Assembly (NCBI GenBank): GCA_963714015.1
Contig: OY970223.1
Coordinates: 1,056,001-1,120,000 of the forward strand
Source of the DNA: Vulcanimicrobiota bacterium
GTDB taxonomy: Bacteria; Vulcanimicrobiota; Vulcanimicrobiia; Vulcanimicrobiales; Vulcanimicrobiaceae
DNA length: 64,000 nt
Reading direction: 5' to 3'
Positions within the stretch are counted from its first letter, which is position 1. Every line of letters starts with the position of its first letter. Position numbers and translations under genes: made by a program. The notes under the pieces are model-generated. The model had not been told where the DNA came from, did not search any database, and saw only the letters and a list, made by a program, of their open reading frames with translations. Positions 10,061 through 19,099 of the stretch are shown piece by piece.

Positions 10061-10136
10061 TCCCTCCGGTTTTCGGCCGGAACGCTCCCGGACTTGTGCG
10101 AGGCTTCCCCGCGGGCGCCGTCGTAGGTCGCCAGCA

Positions 10137-10469
10137 ATGGACGCAATCGAACGGATTCGGGCCGACGTTCCCGCCTTCGCCGGCTATGACACCGGCGCTG
10201 AGCGCCGTTTGTCTGACGAGCGCCTTCGCGCGTTCGTAGGTGAATCGCTGGCGGCCATGCCGCCGGACAAGGTCGACGGCGGTCTTCTGCAGCGCTGTGA
10301 ATTCCTGAATCAGCGCGCCTTTCGCCTTTTCGATGCCGATCCGTCACCCGAGCGCATCGCGAACGTGCTCGAAGCCGACGCGGCGCTGCTCGAATCACTG
10401 AAAGGCGGCGATTTGGCCGGCGTCGAGCGCGCGTTCGAGCGGCGCGACGCGGCGATGCAGCAAGGATGA
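10137..10469 (+). CDS. Hypothetical protein, first gene of the coupled operon
   Basis: 110 aa (MDAIERIRADVPAFAGY...); its stop overlaps the next start (ATGA). Confidence 0.6.
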   Translation: MDAIERIRADVPAFAGYDTGAERRLSDERLRAFVGESLAAMPPDKVDGGLLQRCEFLNQRAFRLFDADPSPERIANVLEADAALLESLKGGDLAGVERAFERRDAAMQQG

Positions 10470-12361
10470 TGCTTGCAGCGGCCGCGCTGGCGCTTCATCT
10501 GTTGCCGCGACCGCAATACGTCACCCTGACTTCGTGCCTTCAGCCGTTCGCGTTTGCCCGTCCCCTGAGCGTTCCGCGTGGATTCGATCCCGCCGCCGTG
10601 GAGGAGATCGACGAACGGTGGCGCGCGCTGGGGCTGCCGGGACTGATCGTCCGTTCAAAGAATGCGGACCTCGCGGTAACGCAAGCGCGGACCGCCGCTC
10701 AAGGGTACGTGCTGAACACGCAATCGAACGGCGAGATCCGTATCGGCGCCGCCGATCCGCAAGGCGTCTTTTACGCGGCAATGACGCTCGCGCAGCTTCC
10801 GGAGCGCTCCGGCGCGAAGTGGATTCTGCCGTGCGTCCGGATCTCCGATTCGCCGGCGCTGCGCTGGCGTGTGCTGATGGACGACGTCTCACGCGGGCCG
10901 CTACCGACGATGCGCTATTTCCGCGAGCGAATTCGCACGATCGCCGCGTTCAAGATGAACGGGTATTCGCCGATGATGGAAAACGTGTTCGTCGATCCCC
11001 GCAATCCGCTGCCGGCGCCGCTCGACGGCATCACGCCGGCGCAGCTGCGCGACTTGGATCGTTATGCGGCGCGTTTCCACGTGGCGTTGATTCCGGCGCA
11101 GCAAACGTTCGCACACATGCACAACACGCTTGCGCTGGAGAAATACGCGGACGCCGCAGACCTGCCGCATGCGTTCTTCATGCGTCCGGATTCGCCGATT
11201 ACGAAGGAGTATCTGGATAGCGTCATCTCCGGCGAACTCGGCGCGGTGCCGCATCCCCCGTTCTTCCACGTCATGTCCGACGAGGCGGATGCCGGTGCCG
11301 GCGTATTCGCCGGTCATGTTCGGGCCATGGACGAGCTCGTGAAGCCTTCGGGCGCCCGAATAATGATCTGGGATGACGCGCTGCAGCGCACGCCGCAAGT
11401 CATGGCGGAATTGCCTCACAACACGGTGATCACGACGTACCACTACGGCGTCGAACCCTCGTATACGCGTTACATCGAGCGCGTCGCCCGCGGCGGATTC
11501 GAGCAACTGGTCTCGCCGGCAGCCCAAAACTACAACAACGTCTTTCCGGACATTACCGCCGCACTGGCTAACGAAGGGCGTTTCGTCGATGACGGCAAGG
11601 CGCGTCACGTGCTCGGAATGTACGAGACGGTCTGGCACGACGACGGCCAATCGCTCTTCGAGGCGACGTGGTATCCGGTGATCTATTCGGCCGCTTGCGC
11701 ATGGGAGAGCGGCAGCGTGGACCAGAGCCGTTATCGTAAAGACTTTCCCGCCGCATTCTTTGGCGCGGACGATTCTCGCTACGGTGACGATGTCGCCGCG
11801 CTGGCCGACGCGCAAATGCGGATCGCCAAAGGCGCTTACCAGGGAAGTGACTATTACCTGTGGGCCGATCCGTTCGATCCGGCAGTCGCGGCTCATCTCG
11901 CGCAATCGGACTTGCGAGCTGTCCGGCTTGAATCGGAAGGCGCCGAAGAGCATCTCTTACAGAACCGGCCGCCGCTGCACGCAAACGCGGCGCGTGTTAT
12001 GTTCCTGGCCGCCAAGACGTTCGACTACTTGGGACGCAAATATCAGGCGGCAAGCGAGGTGCGCCGCTACTACGCGGACGCTCAGTCGCTCTTGGCCGCG
12101 GGTAAGCCGGCAGAGCGCGACCTTTACTGGTGCAAGTATTGGTTCTGGGAGCTGCGCGACGACGTCGAAGCGCTTGCACCGCTCTACGCCCGCGCGTGGA
12201 ATTACGAGGACCGCGGCTCGCATCTCGACTCGAATTTGGAGCGTTATCACTTAGAGGCGCAGCAGGATATCGAGCGCGCGGACCGGGTCAACGCGATCAC
12301 GTTTGAGGACTACGAAGAACAGCGAAAGATTCCGCCGCTGGAACGCGTGCTCGAGCCGTGA
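10466..12361 (+). CDS. GH20 beta-N-acetylhexosaminidase family protein, secreted
   Basis: Signal peptide, LLPRPQ, DSPALRWRVLMDDVSRG and catalytic-type HVMSDE. Confidence 0.85.
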   Translation: MMLAAAALALHLLPRPQYVTLTSCLQPFAFARPLSVPRGFDPAAVEEIDERWRALGLPGLIVRSKNADLAVTQARTAAQGYVLNTQSNGEIRIGAADPQGVFYAAMTLAQLPERSGAKWILPCVRISDSPALRWRVLMDDVSRGPLPTMRYFRERIRTIAAFKMNGYSPMMENVFVDPRNPLPAPLDGITPAQLRDLDRYAARFHVALIPAQQTFAHMHNTLALEKYADAADLPHAFFMRPDSPITKEYLDSVISGELGAVPHPPFFHVMSDEADAGAGVFAGHVRAMDELVKPSGARIMIWDDALQRTPQVMAELPHNTVITTYHYGVEPSYTRYIERVARGGFEQLVSPAAQNYNNVFPDITAALANEGRFVDDGKARHVLGMYETVWHDDGQSLFEATWYPVIYSAACAWESGSVDQSRYRKDFPAAFFGADDSRYGDDVAALADAQMRIAKGAYQGSDYYLWADPFDPAVAAHLAQSDLRAVRLESEGAEEHLLQNRPPLHANAARVMFLAAKTFDYLGRKYQAASEVRRYYADAQSLLAAGKPAERDLYWCKYWFWELRDDVEALAPLYARAWNYEDRGSHLDSNLERYHLEAQQDIERADRVNAITFEDYEEQRKIPPLERVLEP

Positions 12362-14352
12362 TGGCCGCGTTGCTGATCCTGGCCGTCTTCATCATCTTCG
12401 CAGCGTTGATGTATTCGCGGGTCCTTCCGGCGTTGCTCGCAATTCCCGCGATGGCGGTTCTGATGGCGTTTGCAGCGGACGTTCCCGCAACGGGCGTGGC
12501 CGCGATCGTCGTGAACGGCGCCGGCGCGCTGGCTCAGGTATACGTCGCAGTAATCTTCGGCGCGATGCTGGGCCGCGTCACGCTCGATACCGGCATAGCG
12601 CGCAGTATCGTCAATTTTGCGGCGGAGTTCGGCGGCGAGTACCCGCCGGCCGTCGCCCTCGTGCTCAGCGCCGTCGTTGCGCTGCTCTTCGTTTCGCTCA
12701 GCGGGCTGGGCGCAGTCATCATGGTGGGATCGATCGTGCTGCCGATCATGATGACGACCGGGGTGCCGCGCAAAATCGCGGCAACGCTGTTCCTGATGGC
12801 GTTCGCCCTGGGCTTTATCTTCAATATCGTCAATTGGAAGTTCTACACCCAGTACTTCGGCGTCAATCCGCAGCATTTGTACCCATACGCGGTCGTGCTC
12901 GCCGCGATCGACGCGTGTGCGCTGGTGATCTATACGATCGTTTCGTTCAGCCGCTCGCGCGCCTATGCAACATGGGCCGTGCAAACGGAAGAGCGCGTGC
13001 AATCCGTTCCGTGGTATTCGTTGATCACGCCCGTCCTGCCGATCGTGCTGTACTTCGTACTGCACCTGGATCCGATACTCGCTTTTGCAATCTCCGCGAT
13101 CTACGGTGCGTTGACGGCCCGTCCGCGCCGTCTCGTACAGACGCTCGTTGCGGCGGCGATTCGCGGGGTCGAGGACGTCGCACCGGCCATCGTCCTTTTC
13201 GTCGGCATCGGCATGCTGCTGACTGCGGCCAAGCAGCCGCAATTCGCCTCGGCTATGCAGCCCCTGGCGGCGTGGGCCGGGCTACGCAATCCGGTTGTCT
13301 TCGTGGCCATCTTCGGATTGCTCAGCCCGCTTACGCTCTACCGCGGTCCGCTCAATCCTCTCGGCGTCGGCATCGCCGTTTTCACGGTGCTTCTGACCGC
13401 ACACGTATTGCCGCCCGTAGTGCTTGTCGCCGCCGTCATGGCGGTCGTGCAAGTCCAAAACGTGTGCGATCCGACCAACACGCAAAACGTGTGGATAGCC
13501 AACTACACGGGCGTCGACATCGAAGAGATCACCAAACGCACTCTGCCGTATCAAGCATCCGTGGCAACGGCGGGATGCCTCGCCGTCGTGCTGGCAACGC
13601 ATGCGCTTCTCGGCGTTCACGCTTTTGTGTCCTATTTGCCGCGCGCGCAGGCGGCCGCCCTTTGGAGTGGGCTGTTTGTGAACGCGCGTGGCGCGGACCG
13701 CATCGCGGTGGGCAGCGACGGTTCCTCTATTGCGCGCAGTGAAGTCGGGAACGTATCAGCCTTGCTGAATGCCGGTCCGGTGCACGCTTTCGCTTTGCAG
13801 ACCGATCCGGACGCGCAGGATTGTTCCGCGAAATCTTACGCTGCTTACGCTCAAATGACTTCGACGCAATTCGCGCTCGTTGAGGGTACCGACGTCGACT
13901 TGGGATTACGTCTGTACGACTGCGGCGGCTGGGAAGTGAACGAATGGCACGAGCATCAGGTCTTCGCGCGTCCCGTTCAAACGAATTACGACGTGCTGAC
14001 ACAGCGAACGGTGGCGCGGCTTATGGACTGGCAGCAATCCGAGCCGCAGCGCTGGCAGCACCTGATGTCACAAGGCGTCGCATACGCGGCGGGGGATCCT
14101 GCGACGTACTTCTACGCATTTTTCAAGACCATCGACGGCAACATGCGCGCGTACGTTCGGGCGGGGGGGCCGGCTTATGCGGCGGGGATGCGAACGGGCG
14201 ACCTGGTCCAGCAGATAGACGGCCGTTTTTGGTGGGAGTACGGAACGTTTCAGGCACAGGCGCGGGCATACGACGGAAGGCCGCACGCTTTTCAGATCGA
14301 ACGGGCAGGCAAGACGCTCACCGTGCAACTCGAAGAGCCATTTCAGCCATGA
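12358..14352 (+). CDS. Ion-transporter-superfamily (GntP/CitMHS-like) permease fused to a soluble domain and a C-terminal PDZ domain
   Basis: About 420 aa polytopic region with IFGAMLG...TGIA and CDPTNTQNVW; then about 240 soluble aa ending in VRAGGPAYAAGMRTGDLVQQIDG (PDZ-like). Confidence 0.75.
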   Translation: MMAALLILAVFIIFAALMYSRVLPALLAIPAMAVLMAFAADVPATGVAAIVVNGAGALAQVYVAVIFGAMLGRVTLDTGIARSIVNFAAEFGGEYPPAVALVLSAVVALLFVSLSGLGAVIMVGSIVLPIMMTTGVPRKIAATLFLMAFALGFIFNIVNWKFYTQYFGVNPQHLYPYAVVLAAIDACALVIYTIVSFSRSRAYATWAVQTEERVQSVPWYSLITPVLPIVLYFVLHLDPILAFAISAIYGALTARPRRLVQTLVAAAIRGVEDVAPAIVLFVGIGMLLTAAKQPQFASAMQPLAAWAGLRNPVVFVAIFGLLSPLTLYRGPLNPLGVGIAVFTVLLTAHVLPPVVLVAAVMAVVQVQNVCDPTNTQNVWIANYTGVDIEEITKRTLPYQASVATAGCLAVVLATHALLGVHAFVSYLPRAQAAALWSGLFVNARGADRIAVGSDGSSIARSEVGNVSALLNAGPVHAFALQTDPDAQDCSAKSYAAYAQMTSTQFALVEGTDVDLGLRLYDCGGWEVNEWHEHQVFARPVQTNYDVLTQRTVARLMDWQQSEPQRWQHLMSQGVAYAAGDPATYFYAFFKTIDGNMRAYVRAGGPAYAAGMRTGDLVQQIDGRFWWEYGTFQAQARAYDGRPHAFQIERAGKTLTVQLEEPFQP

Positions 14353-15726
14353 TAGCCGCCGATTCCGACATCCTGACGTATTGCGACGAACACCGGCAGG
14401 ACTCGCTGCGAGAACTGACGTCGTGGGTTGCGATTCCATCGATCTCTGCCGATCCCGCGCATCGAGCGGACGTCCGCCGCTGTTGCAGCATGCTCGTCGA
14501 TCGCATGAATGCGATCGGCCTGAAGGCGCGCGTTTTGGAGACGGCGGGTAACCCGCTCGCGTACGGCGAGTGGATGCAAAAACCCGGCAAACCGACGGTG
14601 ATCGTCTACGGTCACTACGACGTGCAGCCGGCGGATCCGATCGAGCTGTGGCAGAGCCCGCCGTTCGAGGCGCAGGTACGCGACGGAAAAATTTACGGAC
14701 GCGGCGCGGTCGACGACAAGGGCCAAGTACTCATGCATTTCGCCGCTATGGAAGCATATCTGCGAGTCCGCGGCGAGCTGCCCCTGAACGTCAAGGTGAT
14801 TGTGGAAGGCGAAGAAGAGATCGGATCGCCGAACTTCGAGGCGGCGCTCGAGCGGTACCGGGATCTATTTGCCGCAGACGTCGCCGTGATCTCGGACACC
14901 GCCGTGTACGCTGAAGACGTCCCCTCGTTGACCACGTCGATACGCGGACTGGTCCATTGGGAAATCGCCGTAAACGGTTCCGGAGAAGATCTGCATTCGG
15001 GATACTTCGGCGGACTCGTCCGCAACCCAATCGAGGCGCTTGCCAAGATCGTCGCTGCGCTCAAGGACGATGAGGGCCGCGTGGTGGTTCCCGGTTTCTA
15101 CGACGGCGTTCGCGAGCCTCGATGCACGAACGCTGGACGAACTGCGCAATTTGGGATTCGACGAAGTGCGCGAAGCGGAAAATCTGGGCGTGCCCGAGCT
15201 CTGCGGCGAGCCTGGACGGCTGCCGCTCGAGCGCCAATGGTTTCGCCCCACGCTCGAGTGCAACGGAATCTGGGGCGGATATCAGGGGCCGGGCCCCAAA
15301 ACGATCATTCCGTCATGGGCGCGTGCAAAAATTTCGGCGCGCCTGGTCGTCGACCAAGATCCGGAGCATGTGAAATCCATTGTTCGCGACTTCATTTTGA
15401 ACGCGGCGCCGCGCGGCGTTCGCGTGGAGGTGCAGGCTTTCGGCGACACGCGCGCGGTCAGCACGTCGCGCGATCATCCGGCGGTTGCGGCGGCGGGAAG
15501 AGCGATGGAGAGTCAATTCGGAAAACCGCCGGTGTTCATCGGAACCGGCGGAACGATCGGCCCGGTCTCCAGCTTCGACCGCATTCTGCATTTGCCGCAA
15601 GTGCTTATCGGCGTCGGACTTCCCGACGATCGCATTCATGCGCCGAACGAGAAGTTCACCCTATCGCAATTCTTCGGCGGCATCAAAGTGATGTGCCGCT
15701 TGTACGGAGAGCTCAGCGAGTTGTGA
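14349..15726 (+). CDS. M20 family dipeptidase/deacylase (1-nt frameshift at about 15117)
   Basis: YGHYDVQP, GRGAVDDKG, EGEEEIGS, then HAPNE in the shifted frame. Confidence 0.88.
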
Positions 15727-15863
15727 AGGATCGTCAAGCGGTCTTTAACGCACTATTTGGCGGATTCGGCGATCCGGCAGCCCTTCACGTCGCCGACGTG
15801 GGCGCAGGAACCCTTCGCATGGTCATGCCGGTGTACGTTCTTACCGCCGAGATGCATCCATGA
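15723..15863 (+). pseudogene. 46-codon internally deleted remnant of a methyltransferase paralog
   Basis: LFGGFGDPAALHVADVGAGT matches IFHGLGDPMHLVVADVGAGT of the next gene and then jumps to a C-terminus-like segment (PVYVLTAE vs RLFVLALD). Confidence 0.65.
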
Positions 15864-16597
15864 CGGGAGAAGACGCCAAGTCGCGGTTCACGCGAATCGG
15901 TGACGCCTACGCCCGTTATCGGTACCGCGAGTATCCGCGCAAGGTGCTGGACCTGATCTTCCACGGTCTTGGCGACCCAATGCATTTGGTCGTCGCCGAC
16001 GTGGGCGCGGGGACGGGCATATCGTCGGAGCTGTTGGCCAAACGCGGTGCGCGGGTGATCGCGATCGAGCCAAACGAGCAGATGCGCTCCAACGCTCCGC
16101 AGAATCCGCTGGTCGAGTGGCGCGACGGCACGGCGGAGGCGACGGGATTGCCCGACGAGTCGGTGGACGTGGTCGTCGCTTTTCAGGCATTTCACTGGTT
16201 CGATCCCGGCCGGGCACTCGTCGAATTTCGCCGCATCACTCGGCATCGCATCGTGAGCGTTCAATACGAACACGAGGAGAGCGATGCAGCCTCGGCGGAG
16301 TTCGATCGTTTGCTGCGCGTCTATAGTGTGGACGACAGCAGCGCACTGCGCCGGCGCGCGCTCGAGACGTTCGCCGCCCACTCCGGGAAGCGTCTGCGCA
16401 CCTCAATCCTGAACGTTGAATGGCAGCTGACCCTCGACGCGCTTTTCGGCTACGTGGACTCCATCTCGTTCTTGCCGCACGAGGGCGATCCGGCGAGCGC
16501 GCTGCGCGACGAAGTTACAGAGCTCTTTCGAATTTACGCGCGGGGCGATCGCGTCTCGCTGGGTTTGCGGCTCTTCGTCCTTGCCTTGGACAAGTGA
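15860..16597 (+). CDS. Class I SAM-dependent methyltransferase
   Basis: ADVGAGTG, IEPNEQM, GTAEATGL, AFQAFHWFD. Confidence 0.88.
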   Translation: MTGEDAKSRFTRIGDAYARYRYREYPRKVLDLIFHGLGDPMHLVVADVGAGTGISSELLAKRGARVIAIEPNEQMRSNAPQNPLVEWRDGTAEATGLPDESVDVVVAFQAFHWFDPGRALVEFRRITRHRIVSVQYEHEESDAASAEFDRLLRVYSVDDSSALRRRALETFAAHSGKRLRTSILNVEWQLTLDALFGYVDSISFLPHEGDPASALRDEVTELFRIYARGDRVSLGLRLFVLALDK

Positions 16598-18696
16598 CGC
16601 CGCGCAAGCTGCGTCTGGGCATCGACGTCGGCGGCACGTTCACGGACGTCGTCGCGATCGACGCCGGCACGCGCAAGCTCATCGCTTCGTTGAAGACTCC
16701 TACCACCCATGATGCGCCGGAGGGCGTTGCGGCCGGAATCGTTCAGGGCGTTCGCGAGCTTTTTGAACGCGGTGACGTGCGGCCGGAGGAAGTGGCCTTC
16801 ATCGCGCACTCGACGACGCAGGCAACAAACGCGCTGCTGGAAGGGGACGTTGCGAAGGTCGCGGTCCTGGGATTGCTCGATCGCCTGCCGGCGCTCGCGC
16901 GGGCGCAGATGCGCTTTCGTCCGCTGGAGCTCGCGCCCGGCGTCGCGTTCCGGCCGGCGTTCGCGTTCGTTCGCGCAGGAGACGAAGAGGCGATTCTTCG
17001 AGAACTCGATTCGTTCAAAGCGTCCGGCGTAAGCGCCGTCGCGTGCTCGCAAGCATTCGGTGTGGACCGCCCTCAAAGTGAGGCGCAAGCTTGCGCAGCG
17101 GCGCGCGAGCTCGATCTCTTCGCGACGAGCGGTCACGAAGTCAGCTCCGTGTACGGGTTGCGCGCGCGTACGCGAACCGCCGCGCTGAACGCAGCGATTC
17201 TGCCGAAGATGGTTCGCACGGCACGTATGACCGAGGACGCAGTCAAGCGCGCCGCCATCGGTGCGCCGCTCATGGTCATGCGCAGCGACGGCGGCGTAAT
17301 GGACGTTCGCGAGATGGAGCGCCGGCCGATCATGACCTTGCTCTCGGGGCCTGCCGCCGGCGTTGCGGGCGCGCTGCTGTACGAGAACGTCACGGACGGC
17401 ATCTTCATCGAAGTAGGCGGCACGAGTTCGGATTGCAGCGCGATTCGATCCGGCATGCCGCAACTGCGACCGGCGCGCGTCGGCGGACATCGCACGATGC
17501 TTCGAACGCTGGACGTGCGCACGCTGGCGATCGCCGGCGGCAGCCTGATACGGCTCGGCGGCACCTCGATCGTCGACGTAGGCCCGAGATCGGCGCACAT
17601 CGCCGGACTCAAATACGCCAGTTTCGTCGACCCCGGCGTGCTGCAGGGAGCGGTCGTCGAGCTGATCGCGCCGACTGCGCACGACGCGCCGGATTACGCG
17701 ACGCTGGCGGCTCGCGACGGAACCCGCGTCGCGCTCACGCCGACGTGTGCTGCAAATGTATTGGGATACGTACCCGAGGGCGCGTTTGCGCGAGGCAACG
17801 CTTCCGCCGCCCGGCGTGCTTTCGAGATTTTAGGGGATCGCGTACGGCGCGATGCGGAATCGCTCGCTCGCGAAGTGCTTGCGATCGCGGGGGCAAAGCT
17901 TGCCGCCGCGATCGACGAACTCATCGCGGATTACGAACTGGATCGCGAGATGCTGGCGATCGTCGGCGGCGGGGGCGGGGCGGCCGCGCTGATTCCGTTT
18001 ACCGCGCAGCGCGCCGGATTGGATTTTCGGCTGGCCCGGGACGCAGAAGTGATCTCGCCTATAGGCGTCGCTCTTGCGCTGGTGCGCGAAGTGATCGAAC
18101 GAAACATCGTCGATCCGTCGCCGGACGAGATTCTTCGGGTTCGGCGGGAGGCGCAGGACGCCGTGATTCGCGCCGGCGCGTCGCCGGAACGCGTTGAAGT
18201 ATCGGTCGAGGTCGATAGCCGGCGCAATTTGGTGCGCGCGACAGCATCGGGAGCCTCGGAACTCTCCGAAGGCGCGGCGCGGCCCGCGGCGGACGATGCA
18301 GAACTCCATGCCGTTGCGGCGCGTCTGCTCAGAGCGCGCGCCGAGGCAATCCGGTGCGTGGCGAGCACCGAAGGACTGCGCGTCTTCGAGGGTCATCGCG
18401 TCTTGCGCGTCTTGGACCGCACGGGCGTGGGCCGCTTGGGATTGCGCAACGCCCTGGTGCGTCAAACGACCGCTCTGAAGGCGCTGGAGATCCTGCCTCA
18501 GACGATCGAGGATGCGACCGCGTTCGGCGACGTCGGACGAGCTCTGCCGGATCTGTATCTCTTGCACGGATCCCGCTTGTCCGATTTCAGCGGGCTAATC
18601 TCCGCACGGCAAGCCGTTGCGCTCGCCTCCGAGGAGCTGGCGGGATGCGATCCGCAAACCCGCGTCGTGCTCTTGGCGGCGCCGCGCGCGGTGTAA
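16594..18696 (+). CDS. Hydantoinase/oxoprolinase A-subunit family protein (ASKHA fold)
   Basis: GIDVGGTFTD, HSTTQATNALLEG, RSDGG, LLSGPAAG, IEVGGTSSD. Confidence 0.85.
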   Translation: MTPRKLRLGIDVGGTFTDVVAIDAGTRKLIASLKTPTTHDAPEGVAAGIVQGVRELFERGDVRPEEVAFIAHSTTQATNALLEGDVAKVAVLGLLDRLPALARAQMRFRPLELAPGVAFRPAFAFVRAGDEEAILRELDSFKASGVSAVACSQAFGVDRPQSEAQACAAARELDLFATSGHEVSSVYGLRARTRTAALNAAILPKMVRTARMTEDAVKRAAIGAPLMVMRSDGGVMDVREMERRPIMTLLSGPAAGVAGALLYENVTDGIFIEVGGTSSDCSAIRSGMPQLRPARVGGHRTMLRTLDVRTLAIAGGSLIRLGGTSIVDVGPRSAHIAGLKYASFVDPGVLQGAVVELIAPTAHDAPDYATLAARDGTRVALTPTCAANVLGYVPEGAFARGNASAARRAFEILGDRVRRDAESLAREVLAIAGAKLAAAIDELIADYELDREMLAIVGGGGGAAALIPFTAQRAGLDFRLARDAEVISPIGVALALVREVIERNIVDPSPDEILRVRREAQDAVIRAGASPERVEVSVEVDSRRNLVRATASGASELSEGAARPAADDAELHAVAARLLRARAEAIRCVASTEGLRVFEGHRVLRVLDRTGVGRLGLRNALVRQTTALKALEILPQTIEDATAFGDVGRALPDLYLLHGSRLSDFSGLISARQAVALASEELAGCDPQTRVVLLAAPRAV

Positions 18697-18727
18697 CACA
18701 GCACGGAAAGGACGGTAGTTCGTAGAG

Positions 18728-19093
18728 ATGGCGAAAGTGACGATCGACGGCAACGTCGTGCATATTCAACTCTCGAACTGGGACAAGGTTTGGACGATAC
18801 ACGGCTCGCTGCAGCTTCCGATGGCGCACATTACGTCCGCGCGCGTCGAGGACGAGAACGGCTGGAGTCACGCCTGGCGCAAAATGGTCGGCACCGGCGC
18901 GCCGGGTTTGAAGATGGCCGGAACGTTTTTCACCAAGGGCGGATTGGCGTTTTTGGACTACGGCGACGGAAAAAATTGTCTCGTGCTGGAGACTCAGCAC
19001 GAGACGTATAAGGAGATCATCGTCGAACTGGACCGCGGCGACGATCCCGACGCGTTAGCCGCGGAGATCAATCGCCGGGTCGGATTTAGTTAG
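18728..19093 (+). CDS. Hypothetical protein (bacterial PH-like)
   Basis: 121 aa with a plausible upstream SD-like AAGGA; GTGAPGLKMAGTF motif. Confidence 0.6.
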   Translation: MAKVTIDGNVVHIQLSNWDKVWTIHGSLQLPMAHITSARVEDENGWSHAWRKMVGTGAPGLKMAGTFFTKGGLAFLDYGDGKNCLVLETQHETYKEIIVELDRGDDPDALAAEINRRVGFS

Positions 19094-19099
19094 CCGCGC

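Noticed and set aside
13944..15863. 639-aa ORF in the track
   Set aside because: It is a chimera of out-of-frame sequence, the N-terminal half of the M20 gene and the methyltransferase remnant.
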